A DNA stretch of 64,000 bases from Somniosus microcephalus. Lineage: Eukaryota. The DNA lies in NCBI GenBank assembly GCA_052327205.1, contig CM126203.1, positions 40,300,001 to 40,364,000 of the forward strand, written 5' to 3'. This document shows, in pieces, positions 36,323 to 50,230 of this stretch (position 1 is its first letter; every line of letters begins with the position of its first letter). Below the pieces are notes generated by a model that saw nothing but the letters and a program-made list of their open reading frames with translations, was not told the DNA's origin and searched no databases. The translations under genes were made by a program, and so were the position numbers.

Positions 36323-38124
36323 ATATGTGAAGATATAGATATGTGAAGAGAAAAAGATTGGTAAAGTCAAGCGTAGGTCCCTTGCAGTCAGAATCAGGGA
36401 AATTTATAAAGGGGATCAAAGACATGGCAGACCAATTAAATACATACTTTGGTTCTGTCTTCACAAAGGAGGACACAAATAAACTCCCAGAGATGTCGGG
36501 GAACATAGGGTCTAATGAGAGGGAGGAACTGAATGAAATCAGTATTTGTAGGGAAATTGACGGGATTGAAGGCCGATAAATCCCCAGGGCCTGATAATCT
36601 ACATCCTAGGGTACTTAAGGAAGTGGCCCTAGAAATAGATGATGCATTGCTGGTCATCTTCCAAACTTTTATAGACTCTGGAACAGTTCCCATGGGTTGG
36701 AGGGTAGCTAATGTTACCCCACTATTCAAAAAAGGTGTTAAGAGAAAAAACGGGGAATTATAGACCGGTAAGCCTGGCATCGGTAGTGGGGGAAGTGCTA
36801 GAGTCCATTATAAAAGATGTAATAGCAGAGCACTTGGAAAACAGTGACAGGATCGGACAAAGTCAACATGGATTTACAAAAGGTAAATCATGCTTGACTA
36901 ATCTACTGGAATTTTTTGAGGATGTAACTGGTAGAATAGATAAGGGAGAACCAGTGGATGTGGTGTATTTGGACTTTCAGAAGGCTTTCGATAAGGTCCC
37001 GCATAACAGACTAGCGTGCAAAGTTAAAGCACATGGGATTGGGGGTAAGGTACTGACTTGAATAGAAAACCGGTTGGCAGACAGGAAGCAAAGAGTTGGA
37101 ATAAACGGGTCTTTTTCCGAGTGGAAGGCAGTGACTAGTGGGATACCGCAGGGATCGGTCCTAGGACCCCAGCTATTCACAATATATGTTAATGATCTAG
37201 ACGAGGGAACTAGATGTAATATCTCCAAGTTTGCAGTCGACACAAAGCTGCGTGGGCGTGTGTGCTGTGAGGAAGATGCAGAGAAATTCCAGTACGATTT
37301 GGACAGGTTGGGCGATTGGGCAGATACATGGCAGATGCAGTATAATGTGGATAAATGCGAGGTTATCCACTTTGGTGGCAAAAACAGGAAGGCAGATTAT
37401 TATCTGAACGGCAATAGATTGGGAGAAGGGGAAGTGCAACGAGACCTGGGTGTCTTTGTGCACCAGTCACTGAAGGTAAGCATGCAGGTGCAGCAGGCGG
37501 TTAAGAAGGCAAATGGTATGCTGGCCTTCATAGCAAGAGGGTTCCAGTACAGGAACAAGGATGTCTTGCTGCAGTTGTACAGGGCCTTGGTGAGACGACA
37601 CCTTGAGCATTGTGTGCAGTTTTGGTCGCCTTATCTGAGGAAGGATGTTCTTGCCATGGAGGGAGTGCAGCGAAGATTCACCAGGCTAATACCTGGGATG
37701 GCAGGAATGACGTATGGTGAGAGATTGGGTCGATTAGGCTTATATTCGCTAGAGTTTAGAAGAATGAGAGGGGATCTCATTGCAACTTATAAAATTCTAA
37801 CAGGACTGGACAGACTAGATGCAGGAAGGCTGTTCCCGATGGCCGGGGAGTCCAGAACCAGGGGTCACAGTCTAAGGATAAGGGAATTTCTTCACCCAGA
37901 GAGTGGTGAACCTGTGGAATTCTCTACCACAGAAGACAGTTGAGGCCAATTCATTAAATATATTCAAGAAGGAGTTAGATATATTTCTTAAGGCTAAGGG
38001 GATCAAGGGATATGGGGAGAAAGCAGGGACAGGGTACTGAATTTGGATGATCAGCCATAATCGCATTGAATGGCGGAGCAGGATCGAGGGGCCGAATGGC
38101 TCCTATCTTCTATGTTTCTATGTT
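36323..38124 (+). mobile_element. 5'-truncated CR1 LINE (family B), young, nested in the Penelope element
   Basis: RT motifs with frameshifts, premature TGA at 37059-37061 and FAVD in place of FADD; tail (TTCTATGT)2; TCAG duplicated at 36319 and 38125. Confidence 0.95.
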
Positions 38125-39698
38125 TCAGTGTTGAGCCCAGAAGGCTGTAAAGTGCCTAATCAAAAGATGAGGTGCTGTTCCTCGAGCTTACATTGAGCTT
38201 CGTTGGAACAGTGCAAGGGGCCGAGGACAGAGAGGTCAGAGTGGGAGTGGAGCGGAGAATTAAAGTGACAGGCGACCATAAGTTCGGGGTCACCCTTACG
38301 GACTGAACGGAGGTGTTCCGCAAAGCGGTCGCGCAATCTGCGTTTGGTCGCCCCAATGTAGAGGAGACCGCATCGTGAGCAGCGAATACAGTATACTAAA
38401 TTGCAAGAAGTACAAGTAAATCGCTGTTTCACCTGGAAGGGGTGTTTGGGGCCCTGGACAGTGGGAAGGGAGGAGATAAAAGGGCAGGTGTTGCATCTCC
38501 TGCGCTTGCACTGGAAGGTGCCGTGGGAAGGGGAAGGGGAAGGGGTGTTGGGGGTGACTGAGGAGTGGACCAGGGTGTTGCAGAGGGAGCGGTCCCTTCG
38601 GAATGCTGAAAGGGGAGGTGAGGGGAAGATGTTTTTGGGATCACGCTGGAGATGGCGGAAATGGCAGAGAATGATCCGTTGAATGTGGAGGCTGGTGGGG
38701 TGAAAGGTGAGGACAAGGGGAACCCTATCGTGGTTCTGGGAGGGTGGGGAAGGGGTGAGAGCAGAAGTGCATGAAATGGAAAGGACACGGTCAAGGGCCG
38801 TGTCAACCACGGTAGAGGGGAATCCTCGGTTGAGGAAAAAGGAAGACATATCGGAAGCACTGGTATGGAAGGTGCCGTCAGAACAGATGCGGCAGAGACG
38901 GAGAAACTGGGAGAATGGAATAGAGTCCTTACAGGAAGTGGGGTGGGAGGAAGCGTAGTCCAGGTAGCTGTGGGAGTCAGTGGGCTTGTAGTGGATGTTT
39001 GTCGATAGCCTATCGCCAGAAATGGAGAGAGAGAAGTCAAGGAAGGGAAGAGTCGGAGATGGTGAGGGAAGGGTGGAAATCGGAAACAAAGTGAATGAAA
39101 TTTTCTAGTTCAGGGTGAGAGCAGGAAACGGCACCGATACAGTCATCAATGTATGGAAAAAGAGGTGAGGGGGAGGACCTGAGTAGGACTGAAACAAAGA
39201 ATGTTCCACATATCCACGAAAAGGCAGGCATAGCTAGGACCCATGCGGGTACCCATAGCAACACCTTTAATTTGGAGGAAGTGAGTGGAGTCAAAGGAGA
39301 AGTTGTTCAATGTGAGAACAAGTTCAGCCAGGCGGAGGAGGGTGGTGGTGGATGGGAACTGGTTGGGCCTCTGATCAAAGAAGAAGCGGAGCGCCCGAAG
39401 GCCGTCCTGGTGGGGGATGGAGTTGCATGTTGGTACCAGTACTCTGTCTGAAGTATTTGGAAGGACAAATCTAGAATATTACCGCTGGGTATTTTTCAGA
39501 GCTCAAGTGGACAGAGTACAAAAAAATTCACACACCCATCATTATACTTCATTTAAAATCCCAGTGACAATACCAATAATTGAGACCCACTGGAGAAAAT
39601 CAGATTCGTTCTTAGGCTCTATACTTGAACAATGTACAGTTGAGTGGCTTTAATGCCCTTGGTCATTTGTTCAGTGCCCACTATTTGCCAACCATTTA

Positions 39699-40023
39699 CA
39701 GGAAACTTTGGTTTATCCAGAGGTTAACTGTCCAGAATGCTCGATCCACCGACAAAATTCAGGAGTCGGTTCAGTAAGTTTTTTTTTCTTTTCGTTGCTT
39801 TTTTTCCCCCCACCAGTCAGGCTCTGCAAGGTCTAGCTAAAGCTGTTGCTTAGCTACAGAGACGCTTGCAAGCTACGGCCGACTGTTTAGAAGCTGGGTT
39901 TGTTGCTAGATACGGAGCTCAAAAGCTTCCGTATGTTTTAACATTACCGCTGGTTTGTCCGGCAGTTTTGATGGGACGGCAACAGCTCGGTCCCGTCGGT
40001 GCCGGATAGCACAAAGTTTCCTG
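39699..40023 (+). mobile_element. Tc1/mariner-type MITE
   Basis: TA|CAGGAAACTTTG...CAAAGTTTCCTG|TA; colinear with 33498-33813. Confidence 0.85.
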
Positions 40024-40479
40024 TACTTTAATGGTCAGAAAATCACGGGCAGCATAGGAACGAATTGTGCTGCTGGCATATGAGGCTCCCCATAGGGAGT
40101 GCAGATTCATAAAATTACCGCATAAAGTATCGATTCCCCCTTGTAGGAATGATTTTAGGAAGATAGCTCTTTACCCCAACTTTCACTGAATGACCATGCT
40201 TCCCATTGTTTGGGAGTACACAACCCAAGCACTAATAATCTACAGTGTGGTAAATATGATGAGAATAACTAACAATTTAAACATGTTTGATCTTGCCGTA
40301 GCAAAGAAATCAATTATATTATAGTGGTTTATATAAAGAAAAGTAAACTAGGCGTAGATTGTTTTAGAAAGCCCATACTTCTGTTCTTGCAGTGAGATGT
40401 TTCAACACAAGCACAGACATTGTATTGTTAACACTCATCTTTACAACCCCAGAAACTATGCACTCTTCAGAAATAAAAA

Positions 40480-40875
40480 GAGCAAACTTGCATTTCACGA
40501 CCTCAGGACGTCCCAAAGCGCTTCACAGCCAATTAAATACTTTTTGAAGTAATAGTCACTGTTGTAATGTAGGAAACGCGACAGCGTACAGCAATGAGAT
40601 AAATAACTAGATAATCTGTTTCAGCGGGTTCGTTGAGTGATAAATACTGGCCAGGACATCAGGGAGAACTGCCCTATTCTTCTTCAACGAGTGTCATGGG
40701 AAATTTTACGTACACCTGAGAAGGCAGATGGGGCCTCAGTCTAACGTCCCAACCAAAGGATGGCACCTCCGACAGTGCAGCACCCCCCTCAGTACTGCAC
40801 TGAAGTGTGGCCATAGATTATGCGCTAAAGTCCCTGGAGCGAGACTTGAACGCTTGACTTTCTGATTCAGAGGCA
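40480..40875 (-). mobile_element. DeuSINE-like SINE, near full length
   Basis: Reverse complement of the family at 13275-13730, including the tRNA head. Confidence 0.8.
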
Positions 40876-42554
40876 AGGGTGTTACTATTGAGCCAATTAG
40901 TTCATGATGAAGTAGTTTAAAGAAGGTAAGTAAAGATAGAAGAAAATGAAAGAAAAAGCCTCAAATTAAAAGATAAATAAAAATGAAATTCGATTGAGCC
41001 TTCTAAAACGCCTCTGGATAACTGCCTTTAAGATCACTGCAATTTTTCAAAAATAGTCTCAGGATTGCTGTTAAAAGCTCAAAAGGATAAAATATTTTTC
41101 TACATTTTTATTTTTAGGAAGTCGAATTTTGCAGTAAATTTTGTCTGGTAATGCGACCGTGAAGCGCCTTGGGGCTTTTACTGTTGTAGGTGCTATATAA
41201 ATAGAAGTAGATGTAGTCTCACACAAGAAGAATATCCACTTGGGCAAAGTATCTGAGAATTGCCAGAATTTGTTTAACTATTAGCATGAGTCACTACATT
41301 CATAAGATGTGGTGTACGGCTGGGTGGAGATAGACATCGTGTGCGTAAAGATTTGGGAAAGTTGCGAAGAGTTGTAAAATTAATTAACTTTACCAACTGA
41401 ACGGGGGGACTCCCAATACAGAACTCAAGAGTTAATAAATCAATCTATATTTAAAGTATTAATTATGCGGACTTGTGAAATGACAGTTCTTAATATTCTG
41501 ATTGTAAAAGAATCTCACAATCTGGCAGGAAGTTCTAACAAGTCTGGTGGAAAAAAAAACAGTAATTTCTCTTGAACACCATTCACTTGTTCCCATCCCA
41601 GGTCACTGTCAATGCACAGAGATGGACAAGGGCGATTCATCCTCCAAGCATCTCAGTCATAATGAACCATTCTAATTGAAGTATAAACATTGACAGCATT
41701 TTACACTTTTTTTTTAGTGAAACAACCTTCCCCAAATGCAGTCCACTGCCAGCACAGCACACAGTGCTATTAATGGAGTGCAAGGCTCCCAGCACAACCT
41801 CACTCAAGTGAAGGCAATGCCCAATTGGTTGTCAATGGCAAGTTATAATGGGTTACAAATAACTTGATACACTAATATAACAAACCATGACATCCTCAAG
41901 ACAGTCCAGCACAAATAGCCTTTGCACAAAATGTGAAGAATGAATTCAACGTGGCATAATCAGCAGCTCCGATTTTCCTGTGTGTAGCAAAGTGTGCCAG
42001 GAGAGGCACACGCACATTACACTACACCTTTACAGTTAGTGTATAATGCTTCCGGTGCCCTTAACTGTGGTGACTAAAACGACAGCATCACCAAGTGAGT
42101 ATTACACCAATTCCCTAATCAAACTATTAGTTAATTCAATTGCAACCCGTTAAATGCTTGAGTATTAAAGGTCATGAATGCAGTGGGCAGTACTTCCATG
42201 TAGACCATTAAATCATCTCATCTTGCACGCGCATTAGAGCACGTAGGTGTAGATTTCAAGTCCATTCCCTTTCCCTACCCACAACAGTGTGAACTGCTAA
42301 TATAATTTGACACTCACTACAAGGCATTTCACAAAGGGAAGCTAGCATTGCACTCGCCAACTCAATCTATCATTTTTTTTTTAAACTAGCAAAGCTCATT
42401 TCAAGAAGAACATTCTCTTTAGAATTACTCAGAAAACTAATTTGCAAGACAGACTAAATCTATCTGTTCAGAAATAGGTTAATTCTAATCAAAAAGCTGT
42501 AAATGCAATGGCGGATAAGAGTGCCAGCTTTATTAACTTTTACAGTGCCCTTTA

Positions 42555-42818
<264 letters not shown>

Positions 42819-45306
42819 TTACATCAGTTCAAACTAAGTGGAAATAACTCGTATGCAGTGCAGCACACTGCTTCAGCAATGCACAACACAGAGGTAGTGG
42901 GATGCAAGTTTGAGCATCCCTTTTTTCTCTCCCTCACGGAGTTCCTAATATCTGCCAAAAGAGGGGGAAAGTACCACGGGGTGGCTGTCACTCACCTGCT
43001 AGCCACAGGCTGACAAGCATCAGTGGAGAAGACATTCAGAACTAGTTGCTTGGGCTCACTTGACTACAGGAGAGATGCAAGAAAGCGAGATTTGAGTGGC
43101 GAGAAAAGGGACTACAAAATAAGACAAGCGTGGCCTTCTGTACAGGCTAAGTGGAAATTATATTATTTGGTAAGTACTAGAAAGTGCAAGAACTTTCTGC
43201 CAAGTGTTAAATTTTATTTAAATAGCAATGTAGAAAAAAAGCTCATTACAGGGCTGCTCCATGGCCTTTTTAAAATCAACCATTAATCTCGGGGGTGGGA
43301 GGCAACTTAGAATCCTTGCACTATAGATCTTTAAATGTTCATACCAAGTAATGGATGAATTGCATAAGTTGCAAGTCTTTTCTCCTCTCCTGAAGGCATC
43401 AACCTATTGCTGGTGTATGGTTGCAGAGATACCGGGTCACCCCCTGGTACCTAGCCTTAGCAGTCTTTCTTCATGTGGGAACTTAGATGGTGACTGTGGC
43501 AGAAATTCAGTTATGGAGGTCATTACAAGCAAGCTTACTCATCACCTTACATCAACACACGTGCACTTTCCAGCAGTGATCAGAGAATTTTTACAGCAGA
43601 AGATAAGGCCATTTGGCCCATCGCATCTGTGCTGGCGATCTGAACTATTCACTTCGTCCCATTTTCCTATAACACTCTCAATGTTTTCCTTTTTCAAACA
43701 TTTATTCACATCCATTTTAAAAGCTAGTATGGATTATGTGCAAAAAAAAAAATCTTTCCCTTGTTTTCTGGTGATAATTTTATGCCCTCCAGCTACCAAC
43801 TAGTGGATATAAAACCTTTTATAATTTTGAACACTCGTATCAGTTCTCCTTTTAATCTTCTGTGTTCTAGGAATGCCCTGGGCCACAGGCAAATTAACGC
43901 CCCCTCTTTCGCCTCGCCACCCTGGAGCAGTCAGCCAGTCCAAAAACTGTTGGGAGAACAATAGAATTTCATCCAAACCACCATACCTTCCTCTTGTCCT
44001 GCCAGAAGCAGCATCGGGATTTGATTCAATTGAACAGAGAGAATGTTATTCCCTTCTCCCAACGTCCCCCCACACCACCAAACAAGTTTTAATTTGGTCT
44101 ACTTCTGGTTGGCTGTACATATTTAATTTGTACCTCACACCCATTTCTATTGGTGGGAAATACACCGCACCTGTCCGTATGATTTCCCCACAACTGCCTG
44201 TGATTTTCCATATATTCGGCCATGACAAATCACCAGTTGCAACGATAGTGTATAATATACCGTTACACTTTCTTCTGTTGGGCGCTGCTTGATTTTTCCC
44301 CCCCCTTCTTTTCTTGCCAATGTCTGTCAACCCTTTCCCTTCCTCTGCCAAAGGCAGGTTCCTTGCTGGGGGTAGAGCGATGCCCTCGAGTACCTTCACC
44401 CATGTGGCCTTTCCGCATTTGTGAGTGTCAACAGTGAGTGTCGACGGGGGGTATGTGGCTGCAGAGGGACAGATCCAGTGTCCACAAATCCCCACTTTCA
44501 GCAGGGGTTGCTAGATAGCTATCAGAAAGCCAATTTCACCCCATCTAACGTGGGAGCACTGAGGCCAATTGAGTCCGTCTCCCCCCCGACCCACCCACCC
44601 CGCCCGTATAGCAGGCCAGCTGGGATGAACTAACTCAGCACAGGTGGAGAATCGAACCAAGGACGTTGCTGGTCTGCTTGGCTCGGCTTCTCACTGGATA
44701 AACTCGGTCATCGATTGGCTATGTACGGTTATGCTCTCTTATCTTTCTTTGTATGGCAAAATCGTCAAAATAATTTTAAAAGAAAAATCAGTACAAATTA
44801 AAACAGTGCAAAGGGGTTAAGGTGTGTTTTAATGAGCCACGTTAACAGGAATTTCACAGTAGTAAAGGGATATTAGAGCCGATTATCCAAGTTCACGCAC
44901 ACCAGCTGTCACCTCGCCTCCTGCACGTACCAGGAAATTGTCGAAGTGCCACTCACAATTATCCATCCATAAATTGTGGGCAGTGCTGGTAATTTCTCAA
45001 TATGGGCAGCCGGTGGGCATGGCTCCCGGCTGGTAGTGGAAAGTCGGGAAAATGATCCCCATGATCTCACCAACAAGCCACCAGTAAGTGATTTAGCAGT
45101 GGCGCGTTAGTACAACTATGGAAGATACAATTACTTTTCTACCAAAAACGTTATCTGGATCTAATGTTTATGGCGAACTTTGAACTAGGTTCATCCCACC
45201 AATTTACTACTCTTAATGCGCAATAGCCTTACAGTTCACGCCCTCTCCCCTCGTCCCTGCCGTGGTTTTGTTAGTGTGGGAATTCGCCTTTGACAGCTAC
45301 ACTTAC

Positions 45307-45393
45307 CCTTCCCTTCTCTAGCCTTCTTTTTCACAGACAGATCCGACGCACTATTAGGCAACCCAGACTGCTGGTTCTTTGGTTTTCGACCAG
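45307..45393 (-). CDS. ELF2: ELF2 coding exon (GRKPKNQQ...KKKAREGK), basic NLS-like region
   Basis: cttacAG|CTGGTCGA...AAGG|GTaagt, 87 bp, in frame with the neighbouring exons. Confidence 0.93.
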
Positions 45394-46898
45394 CTGTAAG
45401 ACACATTGGAACGCTCATTTACTACAAATCTCACCAAATTAGTGAAAAGGGCACTCTGGCCCCAGTTCAAATAAACAGTTGAACTGCTTCAAGAAAGGGA
45501 GGGGGAAGGGGGAAAACAAAAGACCTGGCAGAATGTGGTTTTATTATTTTTTTAAAGTTGATTTTGAATTGATGCTCACCTAAAACAAAAAGCTTTATTT
45601 TATTAATGAAATGAAGATACGGTGATACCTTTTTACCTGAAGTTGATGCTGGCTTCAGGAGTTTTATACCTGACTACAAAGTTCTTAAAATTCCAGCAAA
45701 ATTTACTTACAAGCATTTGGCTGAAATGAAAAATCCTAATTTCACAGTTCCCACCCTCCCAAATTTTAGGCATTTTATTCCCCCCCTCCCCACAACCCTT
45801 ATTCTCTGAAAAAACTGACTCTTGCTTGGGCACAAGTGTACAGGTGAAAGCAGTCCTCCAGTACCTTACCCAATCATGTAAAACAGTGTTCTGGCACTAG
45901 GCTATTCGACATGGAGGGCATCACAGCGCAGTAATAGTTTTCACCTGCCATCTGCTGGTGCACACTTTCGAGCAGGGACACTCACCGGTTGATTTCCCCT
46001 CCCCTTTCCCCTCCTAGAGGCCAACTGTAGCATCCCAACGCCTACCCTGGCTGTGAACAGCACAGATTGGGGATTAAACCAGGGGGTCTTCTGATCCATT
46101 GGGCTCAGTGCCAGACTGGGTGGTGCCTTCACTCACTATGTGAGTGGGAGAATGTGATCAGAAAGTTGAGTTAATGGACCAATGGTCAAAAACCAAATAA
46201 AGCTACATGACTTGTCAATCACAGCACGTACAGAAACACGTCATTAAAAGAGCCAGGTGGTTAGCTGTATCAATCAACACTATGGTTGACAGTGAATCAG
46301 TACTTGCAAGCCCTTCAAGGCACCAAGCTTTAAAATGTAAAGTACTCACTTTAAAATAACATGTTTTTGTTGAATTTTTGCATCCAAACTGAAGGGAACA
46401 GAAGTCTTTCCATTTTTGTATTTAGTCTCAGACATGAGCCATTCCGCAACATGACTGGCTGCAAAGTAAAGCTGCTCTACCCCAACAAAAAGTGACTCAA
46501 CTCCAACCTCATTAGGGCATCTCAAATGCATCAATATGGGCATTTTCATTCCCTGCACCAGCCACCTTCATTGAGTGAAATTACCAACTCAGTGTCAAAT
46601 GATGCCAGTTATGGGCAGTTTAGTGTTGTGGCCTGCACCCAGTATGAACTCGGTTGAGAATATCCAAAGTTATTTCAGTTAGGAACTTTACCAATAAAGA
46701 AAGAGATTTTTATCCCATCAAATATTACTGAAGGTACTAAAGGTGAAAGGCCAATGTGCCAATCCACTTTCCAGCTTAAAATTCTTAATGGGGAAATTTA
46801 AGATTTTCTAACAGCGGATAACATCCCCCATTTAAAAAAAAGTCTAGATGCGCTTTGGGAAATTCAGCACTTGCGAAAGGGGAAAACATATTTTGTAC

Positions 46899-47072
46899 CT
46901 TTCTTTTTTTTGGTTGGCTCAGGGGTTTCCAGTATTGGTAATGCAGGAGATGTGTCCATTGGCTCAGGCTCCTCTGTCGACACTTCCACTACAGTCTCTG
47001 TGATCACATCAGGCCTCATGGCAGCATGGACAAATTCTGGGGTCGACACACAGGGCGGCACAAATACCTGGA
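46899..47072 (-). CDS. ELF2: ELF2 coding exon (VQVFVPPCVSTPEFVHAAMRPDVITETVVEVSTEE...KKKK)
   Basis: AG/GT boundaries, 174 bp, phase 1/1; near-identical to the ELF2 sequence as I know it. Confidence 0.95.
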
Positions 47073-48119
47073 CTATATTGAAAAGATAAAAAAAAACTAA
47101 CGATCAAACTTTATGAAGTAGTGATTTTTGCCGTTTATATCCTACTCGCCCCCTCCAAATAAAAATAAGACTTCGACATTCACCTTCAAGATGTGGCACA
47201 TTTCATCCACAGTATACAAGGAATCGTCCATTTAGTGTGCATTCTGACAAAGTTACACATCTTTGGTAACTATCATTTTATCCTGTTACAATCCAATATA
47301 ACTGCCCCAAAACAGCCAAGTATTAGGTGTATGAGGTCTCCAGTTACTCTCATCTTCATTCAAAGTGCAGCAAAGACAGTGTTCCATCCTCATGTAACAG
47401 GAGTTCCTAGGTGGTATACTTCTATGTCGCATAGTACCTCAAGCACTGATCTCTCCACAAGAAGGGAGACTCCAGTATAAACATGAAAAAAAAACATGTT
47501 ACCTAATCCTGAAAGAACAGGAACAGCAACAAGGGACATAAATCTAAATCAAATAATTTAATCAAATCAAAAGAGGATTTGCGTCTTTTTTTTATCCACA
47601 AGTCGGGGAGATTTAGGGCATTATGGACTTGTCTGTGCAGGTCAATAGGAAAGGAGGGGACTCTCAAAAATGAAATCAGAGGCTGGTTATGTTGAAGTTG
47701 TCATGTCTGACAGCTGACCTTTTTATTCAGTGAGATTTACTGTTCACACAAGTAGCCTGATCTCCAATTATTAATTAAGTGTAGTGATTGGACACATGAC
47801 TCACAATTTATAAAAGGCTCACATTTTGTGCTGTTCAGCTTTACAATGACCAGCTGAATAGCCAGCATCTGAAAGAGTGCAAAAGGAGAGAGAATGCACG
47901 AAAGAAACAGAACACGTGAAAGAGAGAGAATGTGAGAGAGTGAGAGAGAAAAGAAAGAGAAACTTGTATGAATATAGCAACTCAGCATATCTCTCAGGAA
48001 TGCCCAAAACACTTCCATATACAATAACTCTGAAGTGCAGTGACTGTTGTCATGTAGATGAACATGACAATCATTTTGTGTACAGTAAGGATCCACAAAC
48101 AGCAATGAGAGGGATGACC

Positions 48120-48395
48120 AGTTAAATCTTTTTTCTTATTATTGACATTAGTTATGGGCAGAACGTTGGTCAGGAAACGGGGAAGAATGCTGCTCTTTTT
48201 CAAATAGTGCTCCGAGATCTTGAACAGCCACCTGAACAGGCAATTAAGACCTTAGTTTAATATTCCGTCCAAAGAATGACACTGCAGCATTCTGCCAGTG
48301 TTCCATTGATGCGTCAGCCTAGACATCGCGCTAGTCCTAGAACAGGGCTTGAAAACACAAACATCGAACTCAAAAGTGCTACCAACTGAGCCATG
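48120..48395 (-). mobile_element. Degraded DeuSINE-like SINE (similar fragments on + at 49620-49860 and 50240-50420)
   Basis: Central domain and tRNA head remnants. Confidence 0.6.
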
Positions 48396-49994
48396 GTGTT
48401 ACAAAAATCAAATTTAGCGTGAGCTAGGGTAAAATGAAGCATAAGTTCTCCAATAAAGGAAATGTACTTGGTGCTTTGGATATGAACCTCAAAAATGTGC
48501 AAACTTCAGCTATATGTGCAGTTTTAAATTTGTCATTTGCAGATTTTTCCAGTTCAAATCTCATGGGCCTGGAAGTTTGGAAAGGGTTGTTCTTACCGTT
48601 GTTGCCCCATTGGTGGATAAATCCTAAATTAGAACACTAGGATTGGTTAGTATCCACAGCTTGAAATATATGAAAATTAGAATATAGATTTAAAAACTTA
48701 ATATGTGGCCTATGAGGCTCATGGTATACTGCAGCCCACAAACACAAAAAGCTTCAACTCTCCTGCTGTAATTCATTTTTTTACATTTTAACTTAAAGTA
48801 GTAATTTTCAAAAATATTCTTTCATCCAAGTAAACTGACTACACAATATTTAACTTAATCTGGAAGACTGAAGGATCTGTAGCTCATTGTATTCTGTAAT
48901 ATATATATTGTAATGTTTGCCAAATAAAAGTCAACACTCAGAAAATACTGGACTGGGCCATTTAATAAAGAGCTATTTTCACAGGATTTTTAATTTCATG
49001 CAAAGCCAATAACAAATTAGGCTAAATTGGATCAAAAAAGTATTGAAGGCCTTTAAATTTCACCCATGAAATGTAAGCAAGTTCTTGATACATATGCCTT
49101 TAATAGGAAATCTCCCCCAATATTATGGCCTATTTGGGCAGGATGCAATAAACTAAAGATGCATAAGTTATTGATCTCAACAACAGAAAATAATTCTAAG
49201 TTTCCTTTAACTACAAAGGATGCAATGAAGAAGCAAAACTCTTTAAACCACCCCCTCTTCCTCCTTATCCTTTCCCACATCCCTCCCCAGCATGCTCCTC
49301 CTCATCTCTCTTCTGTCCTTTGATAAATAGGGTAGAGCTCCTTAGAGATGGGGGTGTTGCAATTGCTATAACTCTTGATCTAGCTGCTACAACCAATTTG
49401 CCTTCACAGCAATGATGCTGCTTATGTGCAACACTTAGTCAAAGTGGAAATTACTGTACTATTTCAATGCCTTTTAGAGTACATCCCTGGAGACTAAAAT
49501 TTCAGAGTCATAAATTATCCCCCACTTAAAAATGCAACCAATTCAGAGCATCAAATTAATGACTTATCAATTTGACACCAATTACTTCTTTACAACAAAG
49601 ACACTATTAAAATTTCAAGAGGGTTCAGAAGGTTGTGGGTTCAAGTTCCTCCCAGAACTTGAACACATAATATAGGCTGACACTCCACTGCAGTACTAAG
49701 GGAGCACTGCAGTGTCGGTGGTTTTCACCTTTGGATGAAACATTAAACCAAGTTCCAGTAATTCAGATGGCCTTAAAAGATCCCAACACTGCCCATCATG
49801 CAGTGCTTTGGCAAGTCCTGAGAGATGTAATAACGTTCTACACAAATGCAATTTCTTTTTCAATCTTCATGAAATACAGTTACAAACTAAGAGCTTGCCC
49901 CTTTAACATCATAATACTCAAAAATAGTTCTATCCCAAATAGAATATACAACAAGATCAATTCGTAGTTAAAAATAAGAATTTAAAAAAGGTAA

Positions 49995-50230
49995 ATTGAC
50001 ACATCTGCAGCCTTCAGCAAGGTCAACCATGCAATCATCCGCCAATGCCTCTCCTCCATTGTCTAGTTCCGTCTGACTGCTCTTGCTTGGTTCTACTTCT
50101 AACTATCTGAATGTGGTCAGAGCAACTCCAGCGATGGCTTCTCATCCCTCCCCTGCACCTTCACCTCCAGAGTTCATCAAGATTCTACCTTTAGCCTCCT
50201 CCTTCTTCCTCAGAAACAAGTTGCCTCTTC
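49995..50230 (+). mobile_element. Degraded L2 RT fragment
   Basis: gacacatctgcagccttcagcaaggtcaaccat translates DTSAAFSKVNH, resembling the L2 motif DLSAAFDTVDH. Confidence 0.6.

Larger units (their letters stand above)
36003..39420 (-). mobile_element. Penelope-like retroelement (RT C-terminus, GIY-YIG endonuclease, terminal repeat) split by a CR1 insertion
   Basis: ORF 38160-39089 has LPFLD, YKPTDSHSYLDY, CKRRRCNTC, NLVYCIRC..CGLLYIGATKR and RFAEH; the 3' part resumes at 36003-36322. Confidence 0.92.

Noticed and set aside
37074-39089. Long RT and GIY-YIG ORFs as active or domesticated genes
   Set aside because: Both elements are 5'-truncated and frameshifted, and the CR1 catalytic motif is mutated (FAVD).
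43351-44495. ORFs of 139-150 aa in an ELF2 intron
   Set aside because: No recognisable domains; they overlap degraded CR1, SINE and MITE fragments and are most likely chance ORFs.
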